This document shows, piece after piece, positions 55,538-64,000 of a stretch of 64,000 nt of DNA; positions within the stretch are counted from its first letter, which is position 1, and every line of letters begins with the position of its first letter. The stretch spans positions 2,377,673 through 2,441,672 of the forward strand of contig CP070763.1 in assembly GCA_020349025.1 (NCBI GenBank). Direction: 5' to 3'. The notes under the pieces were generated by a model. That model worked only from the letters and a program-made list of their open reading frames with translations, ran no database searches and was not told the origin of the DNA. Source of the stretch: Candidatus Latescibacterota bacterium. Its GTDB lineage: Bacteria; Krumholzibacteriota; Krumholzibacteriia; G020349025. A program made the translations under genes and the position numbers.

Positions 55538-55906
55538 TTGACTAAGAGGAAGTCCCCCCGCTCTACCGCAGCCAAGGCCAAGGCCAAGTCCAAGAAGAAG
55601 AGTGCGAGCCGGCGAAACGGCAACAAAGCCAAGCGGTCACCCCGGAAGAAGGCTCCGGCCGCGAACGTCGAGGCCGTCCCGAGCGGCCCCGGTCCGCGCA
55701 TGCAGCAGATCCTCCAGGCCGAGATCGCCCCCTGGGCTCGCGATACCTTCAGCGACGAAGAGGCCCAGTTGCGCGAGCTGAAGCGCATGCCCGTGCGCAA
55801 CGTCTACGACAGCGAAGAGGCGCGGCGCCGACTCGTCGGGCGCGCGCCGACATCCGGGAAGCGACGCTTCTCGCGTTCGAAGGGCACGGCGGCATCCAGC
55901 TCCTGA
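55538..55906 (+). CDS. Histone H1-like, lysine/alanine-rich basic protein.
   Basis: TTG start with a strong SD, AGGAGAGGAGAG, upstream. The N-terminal 45 aa (KRKSPRSTAAKAKAKSKKKSASRRNGNKAKRSPRKKAPAA) resemble H1/Hc1/AlgP-type KA repeats. Confidence 0.55.
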   Translation: MTKRKSPRSTAAKAKAKSKKKSASRRNGNKAKRSPRKKAPAANVEAVPSGPGPRMQQILQAEIAPWARDTFSDEEAQLRELKRMPVRNVYDSEEARRRLVGRAPTSGKRRFSRSKGTAASSS

Positions 55907-56021
55907 TGGCTGCCCGCGCGCTCCCAGTTTCGATCCAACCTCGCTAGATCGCGCACTCGAACGCGTGTCCGCGCCTGTTTGGTGCTGCTCGGTGCTCTGC
56001 TGCACGACGCCGCGGGTTCGT

Positions 56022-57005
56022 CTATTCCTCCTGGAACAGGATCTCTTCGAAGAAATCGACGACGCGCGGATCATCGACTTGTGAAAGCCAGAAGATGGCG
56101 CTCTCGCGCAGCTCCGGATGCGCCGCGGAGCGCGCCACGCGCAGGAGTGCCGGGACGCTCTGGTCGGCGGGGCGCTGCGACAACGCGAAGACCGCGTGCT
56201 TGCGGATCTCCACATCCTCGTCGTCGTCGCGCACGAAGGCGTTGAGGTCCGCGGTCACCGCATCGCCCACAGCCTGGCCGAGCCAGAAGACCGCCTGCTT
56301 GCGCACTTCGCGCGACACCTCGTGGTCACGCGCCACGGCCAGCAGTGGCGCGACGCTCTCCTCCTGCGGGCGCTGCGACAGCGCGAACACCGCGTGCTCA
56401 CGAATCTCGCGCGGCTCGCGTCGCGCCCGGATCCACGCCACCAGATCCTGCGCGACCCCTTCGGCGTCGCTGCGCGCGAACCAGAAGATCGCGCTCTTGC
56501 GCACGTCGAGCGGGCGCTCGCGATCGCCCGCCAAGCGCCGCAGCTGCGGCGTGTGGTCGACGCCTGCGGCCAGGACGGCGGCAGCGAGTGCATCCTCCGC
56601 CACCTGCCCGTGGCCCTCGAACGCCAGCGTCATCAGAAACTGCGACGCGAGCAGCGCTGGAACCGAGCCGAGGTCACGCGTTCCGCGCGGGGCAGTTCCC
56701 CAGCGGCCGCCCACCTGTCGTTTCACGCGCACGACCTCAGCGTCGCGCAGCGTGAGCGTGACGCGCACCGGGCCAGGCTCGTAGCGTCCTCTCCAGCCGT
56801 GGTCGTCCTCCGGGACCTCGCCCGGATGCATGATCAGGACGCTTCCACCATCTCCCCACACTCCCGCACGCGCGGCAAAGAGGAAGCGGAGCTTGCCATT
56901 CTGGACCTCCCGGGCGGCGTCCTCGAGCGCGTCTGTCCGCGCCTGCAACGACGTCGTCGCCAGGAGGAGCAACGTGATGCTGGTGGCTTGAAGCATCCGC
57001 ATCAT
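56022..57005 (-). CDS. Secreted HEAT-repeat protein (E-Z / PBS-lyase-like repeats).
   Basis: Signal peptide MMRMLQATSITLLLLATTSLQA. Repeats of the type VRKSAIFWFARS, IREHAVFALSQR, VRKQAVFWLGQA, IRKHAVFALSQR and LRESAIFWLSQV. The ATG overlaps the upstream stop (ATGA). Confidence 0.6.
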   Translation of the reverse strand: MMRMLQATSITLLLLATTSLQARTDALEDAAREVQNGKLRFLFAARAGVWGDGGSVLIMHPGEVPEDDHGWRGRYEPGPVRVTLTLRDAEVVRVKRQVGGRWGTAPRGTRDLGSVPALLASQFLMTLAFEGHGQVAEDALAAAVLAAGVDHTPQLRRLAGDRERPLDVRKSAIFWFARSDAEGVAQDLVAWIRARREPREIREHAVFALSQRPQEESVAPLLAVARDHEVSREVRKQAVFWLGQAVGDAVTADLNAFVRDDDEDVEIRKHAVFALSQRPADQSVPALLRVARSAAHPELRESAIFWLSQVDDPRVVDFFEEILFQEE

Positions 57006-58399
57006 GGCTCGATCAACTCCTCGAGGATGCCGATGGCGCGCGGATCGTTCGTCTGGCTGAGCCAGAAGATGGCGTTCTTGCGCAACTCGAAATCCTCCTC
57101 GGTGCGGACGATGTGGATCAGGATGTCGACGCAAGCGCTCTCGCGCCTCTGGGAGACGACGAAGATCATCTTTTCCCGCAGCTCGGGGTCCTCGAAGGTG
57201 TCGTAGAGAGATCGCAGATCTTCGCATGCAATGAGACCCTGTTGGCCGGCCCAGAAAAGCGCGTTCTCGCGCAGCTCCATCTCTTCGCTCTCGTCGCGGA
57301 CACGCTCCAGGAGCCACGCCTGGCTGCGATCGTTCTGCTGTTGTGCGATCGAGAAGATCACCTTCTCCTTCAGCGCCGGCTCGTCGAGATCGGCGTACAC
57401 GCCGGTGAGGAACTCGAAGTTCTCGTCGGCGTGGTGCTGGCCGAGCCAGAAGATGGCGTTCTCCCGCAGCTCCACCGACTTGCTCGAATCGCGCGCGTAC
57501 TCGCGCAGGATGGCGCCCGCGTGTGCGCTCCGATGCTGCGACAGTGCGAAGATCGCCTTCTCCTGGATGGCTTCCTCCTCCGAGTTGAGGAGGATCTCCT
57601 CGAGCGCGTCGACCGCCTCGGGACCGCGCACCTGGGAGAGCCAGAAGACGGCGTTCTCGCGCACCTCGAGATCGGGATCGTTGCGTGCCACGTCGAGCAT
57701 GATCCCCAGCGTCTCGGGACTCTGCTTCTGCGACAGGATGAAGATCGCCCTCTCGCGCATCTCGACGCTGCTCTTGTCGCGGTTGTCGATGAGGACCTTG
57801 CGCAGAATCGGCATGGCCTTGTCGGGGTTCATCTGCAGGAGCGCATTGAGTGCGATGATGCGCAGCTCCTCGTCGTCGCCCTCTTGCGCGTAGCCCGTCA
57901 CCTCTTTTGCGGAGGACTCCTCTCCGAGCTCTGCGAGCCGTGCATGGATTCGCGCCTCCAGCTCCTGTGCGTCCTCGTACGTCGCGGTGCCGCGATAGCC
58001 CTCGTAGAGCTTCTGCAGCTGCTCGAGCGCGCTGTCGAGATCCTGCCGGCGACCGCGCTTGTAGAGCGCGAAGGCGTGCCAATAGAGCGCATCGTCCGCG
58101 TAGGCCGATTCACCGTACTTCTCGTGCACGCGCTCGAAGTACTTGGCAGCGTCCCTGTAGCGCGCCCGATTGAGCGCCTCGCGTGCCTTTTCGAAGTCGG
58201 CGAAGCCGGGATCCTCCGGGTCCTCCTGGGCCCGCGCCACCAGAAAGGAGTCGAGCGCGCGTGAGAGGGTGACTTCGCCGTCGGACGCCACCTCCACGGC
58301 AGCTTCGACGACTCGCTCCCCGCCGACCGCAGCGTCGCCTGCGGCGAAGGCTGCGATCGACACGATCATCCAGATCGGATTGCTTTTGCGCTGAAGCAT
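57002..58399 (-). CDS. Secreted TPR-like plus HEAT-repeat protein. Paralogous repeat family to 56022-57005.
   Basis: The start is taken at ATG 58399 (MLQRKSNPIWMIVSIAAFAAG, a signal-like segment) with GAGGAG upstream. An N-terminal TPR-like helical region is present (YRDAAKYFERV...YWHAFALYKRG). Six or more repeats of the E(L/V)RExA(I/V)F(W/A)LSQ type follow. Confidence 0.6.
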   Translation of the reverse strand: MLQRKSNPIWMIVSIAAFAAGDAAVGGERVVEAAVEVASDGEVTLSRALDSFLVARAQEDPEDPGFADFEKAREALNRARYRDAAKYFERVHEKYGESAYADDALYWHAFALYKRGRRQDLDSALEQLQKLYEGYRGTATYEDAQELEARIHARLAELGEESSAKEVTGYAQEGDDEELRIIALNALLQMNPDKAMPILRKVLIDNRDKSSVEMRERAIFILSQKQSPETLGIMLDVARNDPDLEVRENAVFWLSQVRGPEAVDALEEILLNSEEEAIQEKAIFALSQHRSAHAGAILREYARDSSKSVELRENAIFWLGQHHADENFEFLTGVYADLDEPALKEKVIFSIAQQQNDRSQAWLLERVRDESEEMELRENALFWAGQQGLIACEDLRSLYDTFEDPELREKMIFVVSQRRESACVDILIHIVRTEEDFELRKNAIFWLSQTNDPRAIGILEELIEP

Positions 58400-58410
58400 C
58401 GTTCGACTCC

Positions 58411-59061
58411 TCATGTTCCGGCCCCGGCTGGCCACTGGGGCATCAAGAGACGCAGGCGTTCCATGACGCCGCGTTGATCCATGCTGTCGGCGACCCACTG
58501 CCGCTCCTCCATCCGGCGCTTGGTCGCGGCGCGTACGATCTGCGCGAGAACGAGCTCCAGATCCTCGAGAAGCTCGCGATACTCCAGGTCCTCCGCCGCC
58601 GGCGAGTCGAGGAGCAAGCGCGTGTCTCCGAGGAGCTCTCGCGCCCAGGAGGAGAACTCCGCGTCGCGCTCGCTCGGCTCCGCGTCGGAGCGGAACTGGG
58701 TGAGCAGGACTTCGGCGCGGCCGAAGTGTTTCTCGGCGGCGACCCGGTAGGCGGCCGGCACGACCGGCGCGCGTGTGGTCGGGTCCGATGCCTCGACGAC
58801 GGGGGAGGGCGGCCCACCGCTTTCGGGTGCGGTGAAGCGCCCGATGGCGATTCCCAGGAGCAGGAGCGCGGCGACCGCGGCACCCGCCCACACCCAGCGG
58901 CGCTCGAAGAGCGTCCGCTGACGCTGGAAGCGGCGTTTGCTGCGCTCCGCCTGGATGCGCGCCCAGATCTCCTTGCGCGGAGTCTCGGGCGGCTCGTTGT
59001 ACTCCGCGGCATGCTCGCGCACGAAGTCTTCGAAGCGATCTTCCGGCATCATGACGTCCAC
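58411..59061 (-). CDS. Anti-sigma factor (single-pass membrane protein) cognate to the upstream ECF sigma.
   Basis: A cytoplasmic N-terminus is followed by the TM segment WVWAGAAVAALLLLGIAIG and then a periplasmic domain. Possible starts are GTG 59061 or ATG 59052. ATG 59052 overlaps the sigma stop as ATGA. Confidence 0.6.
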   Translation of the reverse strand: MDVMMPEDRFEDFVREHAAEYNEPPETPRKEIWARIQAERSKRRFQRQRTLFERRWVWAGAAVAALLLLGIAIGRFTAPESGGPPSPVVEASDPTTRAPVVPAAYRVAAEKHFGRAEVLLTQFRSDAEPSERDAEFSSWARELLGDTRLLLDSPAAEDLEYRELLEDLELVLAQIVRAATKRRMEERQWVADSMDQRGVMERLRLLMPQWPAGAGT

Positions 59062-59627
59062 TCCGGCGCGAAGCTCACCAGGTCGCGGCGCAGCGCAGCG
59101 CGAGCGCGCGCAAGACGCGCCTTCGACGTGCCAATGGGGATCGCCATGATCGTGGCGATCTCCGCGTGCTTGAACCCCTCGACATCGTGCAGCAGGAGCA
59201 CGGCGCGATGGTCGTCGCTGAGCTGGTCGATGGCATGCGCGAGCGCCGACCTCAAGACCGGATCCCCCTTCGGATCCGCGCCCACCCCCCGTGCGCCGTC
59301 CAGATCCGTCTCGCGTTGGCGGTGGCGCTTCACCTTGCGCAGACCGTTCAGGACCACCGACATCGTGATCGAGTGCAGCCAGGTGGAGAGCGCGGCGTCG
59401 CCGCGAAACGACGGCAGGCGGTCGAAGGCGCGGATGAAGGTCTCCTGTGTGAAGTCTTGCGCCAAGGTCTCGTCTCCAGTCATGCGATGGGCGAGCCGAA
59501 AAACACGATCGACGTGGCCGTCGTACAGGGCTCTCTCGGCGGCCGCGTCACCGGCAAGCACGCGGTCGATCAGCTGTCGTTCCTGCACGCGCTCCTCCGG
59601 GATCACGCTCCTTCGTCCTCGACCCAT
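59049..59627 (-). CDS. ECF-subfamily RNA polymerase sigma-70 factor.
   Basis: The sigma-2 region (LAQDFTQETFIRAFDRLPSFRGDAALSTWLHSI) and the sigma-4 HTH (HRAVLLLHDVEGFKHAEIATIMAIPIGTSKARLARAR) are present. The start is chosen at ATG 59627. The longer ORF-track N-terminus is unlikely. Confidence 0.8.
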   Translation of the reverse strand: MGRGRRSVIPEERVQERQLIDRVLAGDAAAERALYDGHVDRVFRLAHRMTGDETLAQDFTQETFIRAFDRLPSFRGDAALSTWLHSITMSVVLNGLRKVKRHRQRETDLDGARGVGADPKGDPVLRSALAHAIDQLSDDHRAVLLLHDVEGFKHAEIATIMAIPIGTSKARLARARAALRRDLVSFAPEWTS

Positions 59628-59884
59628 GAGACACGCCGTGGCGCCCGAGGGTTGCACGGCACGGGTCGAGTTCCATGCAACCACATTGTGCCGCAGCGTG
59701 TCTCAGCGGAACGGAGCGGAGCAGGCGAACCGACCACAGGTCGGTCGAGGCGTGGGGTCCGTTGTGCCCGCCGCGCCGAACGAAGAAATGGAAACCTCGG
59801 GCGGGAGTTTTCCGTAAGCGCGAATGTCGCTGGCGTATCCCCACGAGGTGTCCTCTGGAGCAGACACAGAAGGGATTGGCTCCC

Positions 59885-62449
59885 ATGCCTTCGAGCCGCC
59901 AGCGCCAAACCGCCGCAGCCCGCGCGCTCACCGCACTCCCGATGCTGCTCCTGCTCGCGCTCTCACCTCTCCACGCCTTCCAGGGCTTCGACCCGAATGG
60001 CCAGGGGAGCCGCTACCCGCGCGAGGCGAACGGCCGCCAGACGAGTGCTCCGAGCATTCGGGCCCAGCGCGTGGAGTTCGAGCCCGTGCGCGTCGACGGG
60101 GTCCTGGACGACCCGGTCTGGCGCGCCGCGGAGGCGGGTACCGGCTTCTCCATGCATGAGCCGGATCGCGGCGGGATTCCCAGTGAGGAAACGGTTTTCA
60201 AGGTGGCGTACGACGACAACGCCATCTACTTCGCCGTCGCCTGCTACGAAAAGGACGCGAGCCAGACCAAGAGCGCGTTGTCACGCCGCGACCGCCTCAC
60301 CGATTCCGATCTCGTGAGCATCTACATCGATCCCTATCTGGATCGGACGACCGGCTACAACTTCCGCGTCAATCCGGACGGCGTGCAGGGCGATCGCTAC
60401 GTCTTCAACGACGGCGAAATGGATGGCGACTGGGACGCGGTGTGGCAGGCGGAAACGCACCGCAACGGCGACGGTTGGTCGGCCGAGATGCGGATCCCCT
60501 TCTCCACGATTCGCTATCGTCCCGCGGAATCGATGACCTGGGGGCTCCAGGTCTACCGTTACATGCAGGGACGCGGCGAGGATGACGGCTGGGTGACGTG
60601 GGACAAGGAGACGCGTGGCTTCGTCAGCCGCTTCGGCACCGTCAGCGACATCCGGGGGATCCGCTCACCCCGACAGCTGGAGGTCGTGCCGTACATCGTG
60701 CAGCGCAGCACGGACGCGTCGGCGGATGGACGCGAGGGGCTCGACAACTTCGGCAACTTCGGTGCCGACATCCGCTACGGTCTCACCGCCGCCTTGACAC
60801 TGAACGCTACGGTGCAGCCGGACTTCGGCCAGGTGGAGGCGGACCCGGCGGTTCTGAACCTGTCGCCGTTCGAGACCCGTTTCGACGAGAAGCGCCCCTT
60901 CTTCATCGAGGGTGCGCGTTTCTTCCAGCACCCCGACTTCAACCTGTTCTACTCGCGTCGCATCGGCACCGAGGATGAGCTCGGCAACTCGCGCATCCGT
61001 TTCGCCGGCAAGCTCACCGGGAAGACCGCAAACGGCTTGTCGGTGGGTGCCCTCGTCGCGGCAACCGACATCGCAGGCACGGGGCAGGCACACAACGCCT
61101 TCCGCTCCGGTTCGAATCCGTCGCAGTACTTCGTCGGCCGTCTGGGGAAGGAGTTCGCCGACGGTGCCCACCGCTTCAACGTCATGCAGACCGCGTCGCT
61201 GTGGGGTGTGAATCACCGCAACGCCTACACCACTGGAGTCGACTTCGACCTCAATTTCCACGACCGCGACTACAACATCCAGGGCTCGGTCGTGGGCTCG
61301 ATCGTGGAGCCATCGCCTCTCGACGAGAACCCTGGCGGCACGCGGTATGGCACCGGCGGGGCGGTCGACATCCGCAAGCTCGGTGGCAAGTATCGCGGCG
61401 GCCTGTGGGGGCGCTGGGAGAGCGACCGGTTGGACCTCAACGATCTCGGCTTCCTGGGCGCGCCCGACGAGATCGTCGGCGGCTGGTGGGGGCAGCGGCG
61501 CTTCGTGGGCGGCGACAGCTCCCCGTTCAACCAGGGCAGCGCCAACATCAACCTCTGGTCGAGCGTTCTCTACGCGGGCGGCGCGAGCCTCGACGCCGAG
61601 GGCGTGCCGCTCTGGAAGTACGACCGCGGTCACCATCAAGGCGGGGGCGGCAACGTCAACGGCTGGTGGCAATACAAGAACTACTGGGCGAACTGGTGGG
61701 GCGTGTGGGTGAACGTCGAGGGCACCTCCAAGTACGAGACGCGCGGCGGGCCGCTCATGACCGTGCCGGAGCGTTTCGGCTTCTGGTTCGGGGGCGAGAC
61801 GGATACGCGCAAGCGCTTGAGACTCGACAGCGAGCTCGAGATGAGCTGGAGCGCGGTCGGTACACGGCGCACCGACCTGGAGCTGGGCATGCGCTGGAAC
61901 CAGAGCACGTCGGTGAACCATCAGATCCGCTTCGGCTACGACGTGCGCCACGAGGATGCGCAGTACATCGACACGTTCACTCACCAGAATGAAGAGGGCA
62001 CGATCGACGCGAGCCGGGGCATCGGAGGCTCCAGCTACGTCTTCGGCGCCTTGGATCGCACCACGTTCGACGTCACGTTGCGCTCCAACTTCGTATTCAC
62101 GCGCAAACAGTCGTTGGAGCTCTACGTGCAGCCGTTTTGGGCGAAGGGACGCTTCGCCAGAGGTCGCGAGCTGGTGACGCCCGACTCGTACGAGCTGCGC
62201 CCCTACGCCGACTACGACGTCCGCGACGCGGACTTCAACAGCACGAGCTTCAACTTGAACCTCGTTTACCGGTGGGAATATCGGCCCGGGAGCACCCTGT
62301 TCCTGGTCTGGACGCAGAGCCGCAACACGGACGAGAGCCGTGCAGACATGGGCTCCCGTTTCAGCGCGGATCCGCGGGCAGGGGTGATCATGCGCAACGA
62401 GCCCGAGAACGTCTTCATGGCCAAGCTCACCTACTGGTTCTCGATCTGA
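59885..62449 (+). CDS. Secreted / outer-membrane DUF5916-family protein with an N-terminal CBM9-like domain.
   Basis: ATG 59885 gives the signal peptide ALTALPMLLLLALSPLHA. The CBM9-like N-terminus carries conserved W/Y/D residues (DGVLDDPVW, YFAVACYEKD). A long beta-rich C-terminal region ends in aromatic-rich strands (KLTYWFSI). Confidence 0.65.
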   Translation: MPSSRQRQTAAARALTALPMLLLLALSPLHAFQGFDPNGQGSRYPREANGRQTSAPSIRAQRVEFEPVRVDGVLDDPVWRAAEAGTGFSMHEPDRGGIPSEETVFKVAYDDNAIYFAVACYEKDASQTKSALSRRDRLTDSDLVSIYIDPYLDRTTGYNFRVNPDGVQGDRYVFNDGEMDGDWDAVWQAETHRNGDGWSAEMRIPFSTIRYRPAESMTWGLQVYRYMQGRGEDDGWVTWDKETRGFVSRFGTVSDIRGIRSPRQLEVVPYIVQRSTDASADGREGLDNFGNFGADIRYGLTAALTLNATVQPDFGQVEADPAVLNLSPFETRFDEKRPFFIEGARFFQHPDFNLFYSRRIGTEDELGNSRIRFAGKLTGKTANGLSVGALVAATDIAGTGQAHNAFRSGSNPSQYFVGRLGKEFADGAHRFNVMQTASLWGVNHRNAYTTGVDFDLNFHDRDYNIQGSVVGSIVEPSPLDENPGGTRYGTGGAVDIRKLGGKYRGGLWGRWESDRLDLNDLGFLGAPDEIVGGWWGQRRFVGGDSSPFNQGSANINLWSSVLYAGGASLDAEGVPLWKYDRGHHQGGGGNVNGWWQYKNYWANWWGVWVNVEGTSKYETRGGPLMTVPERFGFWFGGETDTRKRLRLDSELEMSWSAVGTRRTDLELGMRWNQSTSVNHQIRFGYDVRHEDAQYIDTFTHQNEEGTIDASRGIGGSSYVFGALDRTTFDVTLRSNFVFTRKQSLELYVQPFWAKGRFARGRELVTPDSYELRPYADYDVRDADFNSTSFNLNLVYRWEYRPGSTLFLVWTQSRNTDESRADMGSRFSADPRAGVIMRNEPENVFMAKLTYWFSI

Positions 62450-62518
62450 GAATGGACGGGTCCCCGTTCCACGCCTCGGAACAGGCTCCCCTCGGGATCG
62501 GGGATCCGTTCGCTCGCA

Positions 62519-63790
62519 TCAAGTCGACGGCAGAAGCTGGCTCTCCAGATCGTCCTCTTCATCCAGATTGGTGCTCGACTGCGGCTGCTCGTGCTTGCGC
62601 CCGCTGCCGCGGACGAAACGGATACACGCGAAGAAGCAGAGTGCGCCGATCAGATGGGCGGCGAGAGCGACGTGCATTCCGTTCAGCAGGCCCCAGCGGT
62701 CGGCGACCCGTCCGACGACCGGGGGCGCCCAGGTGACGGCAAAGAGGTGCACGAAGGCGTTGTAGAGCGCCACGGCGGTCGCATGCGCCCGCTTGGGCGT
62801 GAGGTCGTGGAGCACTGCGGTCAGCGGGCCGTGGTACCAGCTCATGAAGAAGCCCGCAATGAAGAAGAACACCAGGAAGAGCGCCTTGTTGCTGATGTGG
62901 AACGAGATGAACAGAAAGGGCACGCCGAGCAACAGACCAAGGGCGATGATGAAGATCCGGCCCCACTCGACACGCTGCATCATGCGGTCGGCGAGGGAGG
63001 CGCCGACGACGATACCGAGAACGCCCGCGACGAGCAGATTCGCCCCGAGGATGACGCCCGCTTCATCCAGCTCGAAACCCTTCACGCGATGCACGAACGT
63101 CGTACCCCAGAAGATGAAGCCGTACGCCGCGAAGGTGATGAACCAACCGCTGACGAGCACCGCCACGTAGGCGCGGATACGCAGCAGCTGCAGAATGGGA
63201 ACGGGCCGCGCACGCTCCACGCGCGGCTCGCGCAGCCGCGCGATGCGCCACGCCAGGAGAAGGCCGGGGAGCGCAACGATGAAAAGCGCCGGGCGCCAAC
63301 CCATCCACACGGCGAGCACGCTGCCGAGCCCGAGTCCGACGCAGCCGCCGATGAACATGCCGGCATCGAAGACACCCTGTACGCGCGCACGCAGCGCGAC
63401 CGGAAAGCTGCCGGTGATGATCGCCGCCGCTGCCGGTGTGAAGGCCGCTTCTCCGACGCCAACCAGCGCGCGCGCCCCCAGGAGCGTACGAAAGGAGGTG
63501 GCCAAGCCGCTGAAGAACGTGGCCGCGCTCCAGAACAGGATGCCGAACCCGATCACCCGCTTGCGCGAAGTCCGATCGGCGAGGATGCCGAAGGGCAAGG
63601 TGAACAGCGCGTGCACCAGGCTGAACACCGTTCCGAGCAGAGAGACCTGGAAGTGGCTGAGGAGGAAATCGGTCTGGATGAGCGGTACGAGCGCGCCGAT
63701 GATCTGTCGGTCGATGAAGTTCACCGCGTTCACGAGCGCCAACGTGCCGAGAATGTGGATCTGGTCGCTCGTGAAGCGATTGGAGCTCAT
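62519..63790 (-). CDS. MFS transporter.
   Basis: Twelve predicted TM helices. The MFS loop-2/3 signature GILADRTSRKRV is present. The protein is 423 aa. Confidence 0.85.
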   Translation of the reverse strand: MSSNRFTSDQIHILGTLALVNAVNFIDRQIIGALVPLIQTDFLLSHFQVSLLGTVFSLVHALFTLPFGILADRTSRKRVIGFGILFWSAATFFSGLATSFRTLLGARALVGVGEAAFTPAAAAIITGSFPVALRARVQGVFDAGMFIGGCVGLGLGSVLAVWMGWRPALFIVALPGLLLAWRIARLREPRVERARPVPILQLLRIRAYVAVLVSGWFITFAAYGFIFWGTTFVHRVKGFELDEAGVILGANLLVAGVLGIVVGASLADRMMQRVEWGRIFIIALGLLLGVPFLFISFHISNKALFLVFFFIAGFFMSWYHGPLTAVLHDLTPKRAHATAVALYNAFVHLFAVTWAPPVVGRVADRWGLLNGMHVALAAHLIGALCFFACIRFVRGSGRKHEQPQSSTNLDEEDDLESQLLPST

Positions 63791-64000
63791 TCTACCTTCC
63801 GCGCGCGTGGGGTCCCCCAGCGCCTCCTGAGGTGGCCGCGAGGATTCCCCTTTCCGCCACCGATGTCAAACAGGGGTCGTAGTCGCTTCGTTCTCGGGGA
63901 GCTTCTGCGATCGATCAGCGCGCCAGAATGGCCCGGGCGGCGAGCATGCCCGGTGTGCAGCTCAAGCCGCCTCCGGGGTGGCTGCCGCTGCCACAGAGAA

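Noticed and set aside
1-64000. CRISPR arrays, rRNA, tRNA, insertion sequences, integrases.
   Set aside because: No direct-repeat arrays were seen. No tRNA-like cloverleaf candidates survived inspection. No transposase or integrase-like translations were found in any frame.

Overview
This is a 64 kb, very GC-rich (~68-70%) stretch of bacterial chromosome. Genes are densely packed on both strands. There are no rRNA or tRNA genes, no CRISPR arrays and no obvious transposases or integrases. The subtilase with a T9SS-type C-terminal sorting domain and the general protein flavour suggest a Gemmatimonadota- or FCB-like Gram-negative, but this is an inference only. About 45 coding genes are supported, and they fall into six groups. 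(1) Housekeeping and metabolic genes: murJ, a tdh-kbl threonine degradation operon, threonine dehydratase, two QueD/PTPS-family genes, a 7Fe ferredoxin, TatD, a RecD2-like helicase, a di-heme cytochrome c peroxidase, an M28 peptidase, an MFS transporter and YggX. (2) A cell-envelope group: an LmbE-like deacetylase, a small DUF5989-like membrane protein and a GT1 glycosyltransferase. (3) Two paralogous three-gene RND efflux operons on the minus strand, each an adaptor plus two tandem permeases (MdtABC-like), neither with an outer-membrane factor gene. (4) An ECF sigma, anti-sigma and two secreted HEAT-repeat proteins, divergent from a DUF5916 outer-membrane protein. (5) An alpha-glucan group: a GlgE-like gene translationally coupled to a TreS-Mak fusion. 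(6) An Omp85-family beta-barrel fused to an MA-type metallopeptidase-like domain and a beta-propeller. Five observations stand out. (a) An AhpC/TSA_2 (PRXL2/SelU-family) gene is interrupted by a single in-frame TGA exactly at the first Cys of the CxxC motif, with a SECIS-like hairpin about 20 nt downstream. It is a candidate selenoprotein. (b) The GlgE homologue lacks the GH13 nucleophile Asp and the acid/base Glu. (c) The Mak domain of TreS-Mak has lost the catalytic-loop and DFE-motif aspartates. Together with (b) this would mean a GlgE pathway with an intact TreS but apparently dead Mak and GlgE modules. (d) A 375-bp highly structured intergenic region carries a ~30-bp imperfect inverted repeat. 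(e) There is an orphan radical SAM/SPASM enzyme. All motif comparisons are made from memory of family consensus sequences, not from database searches.
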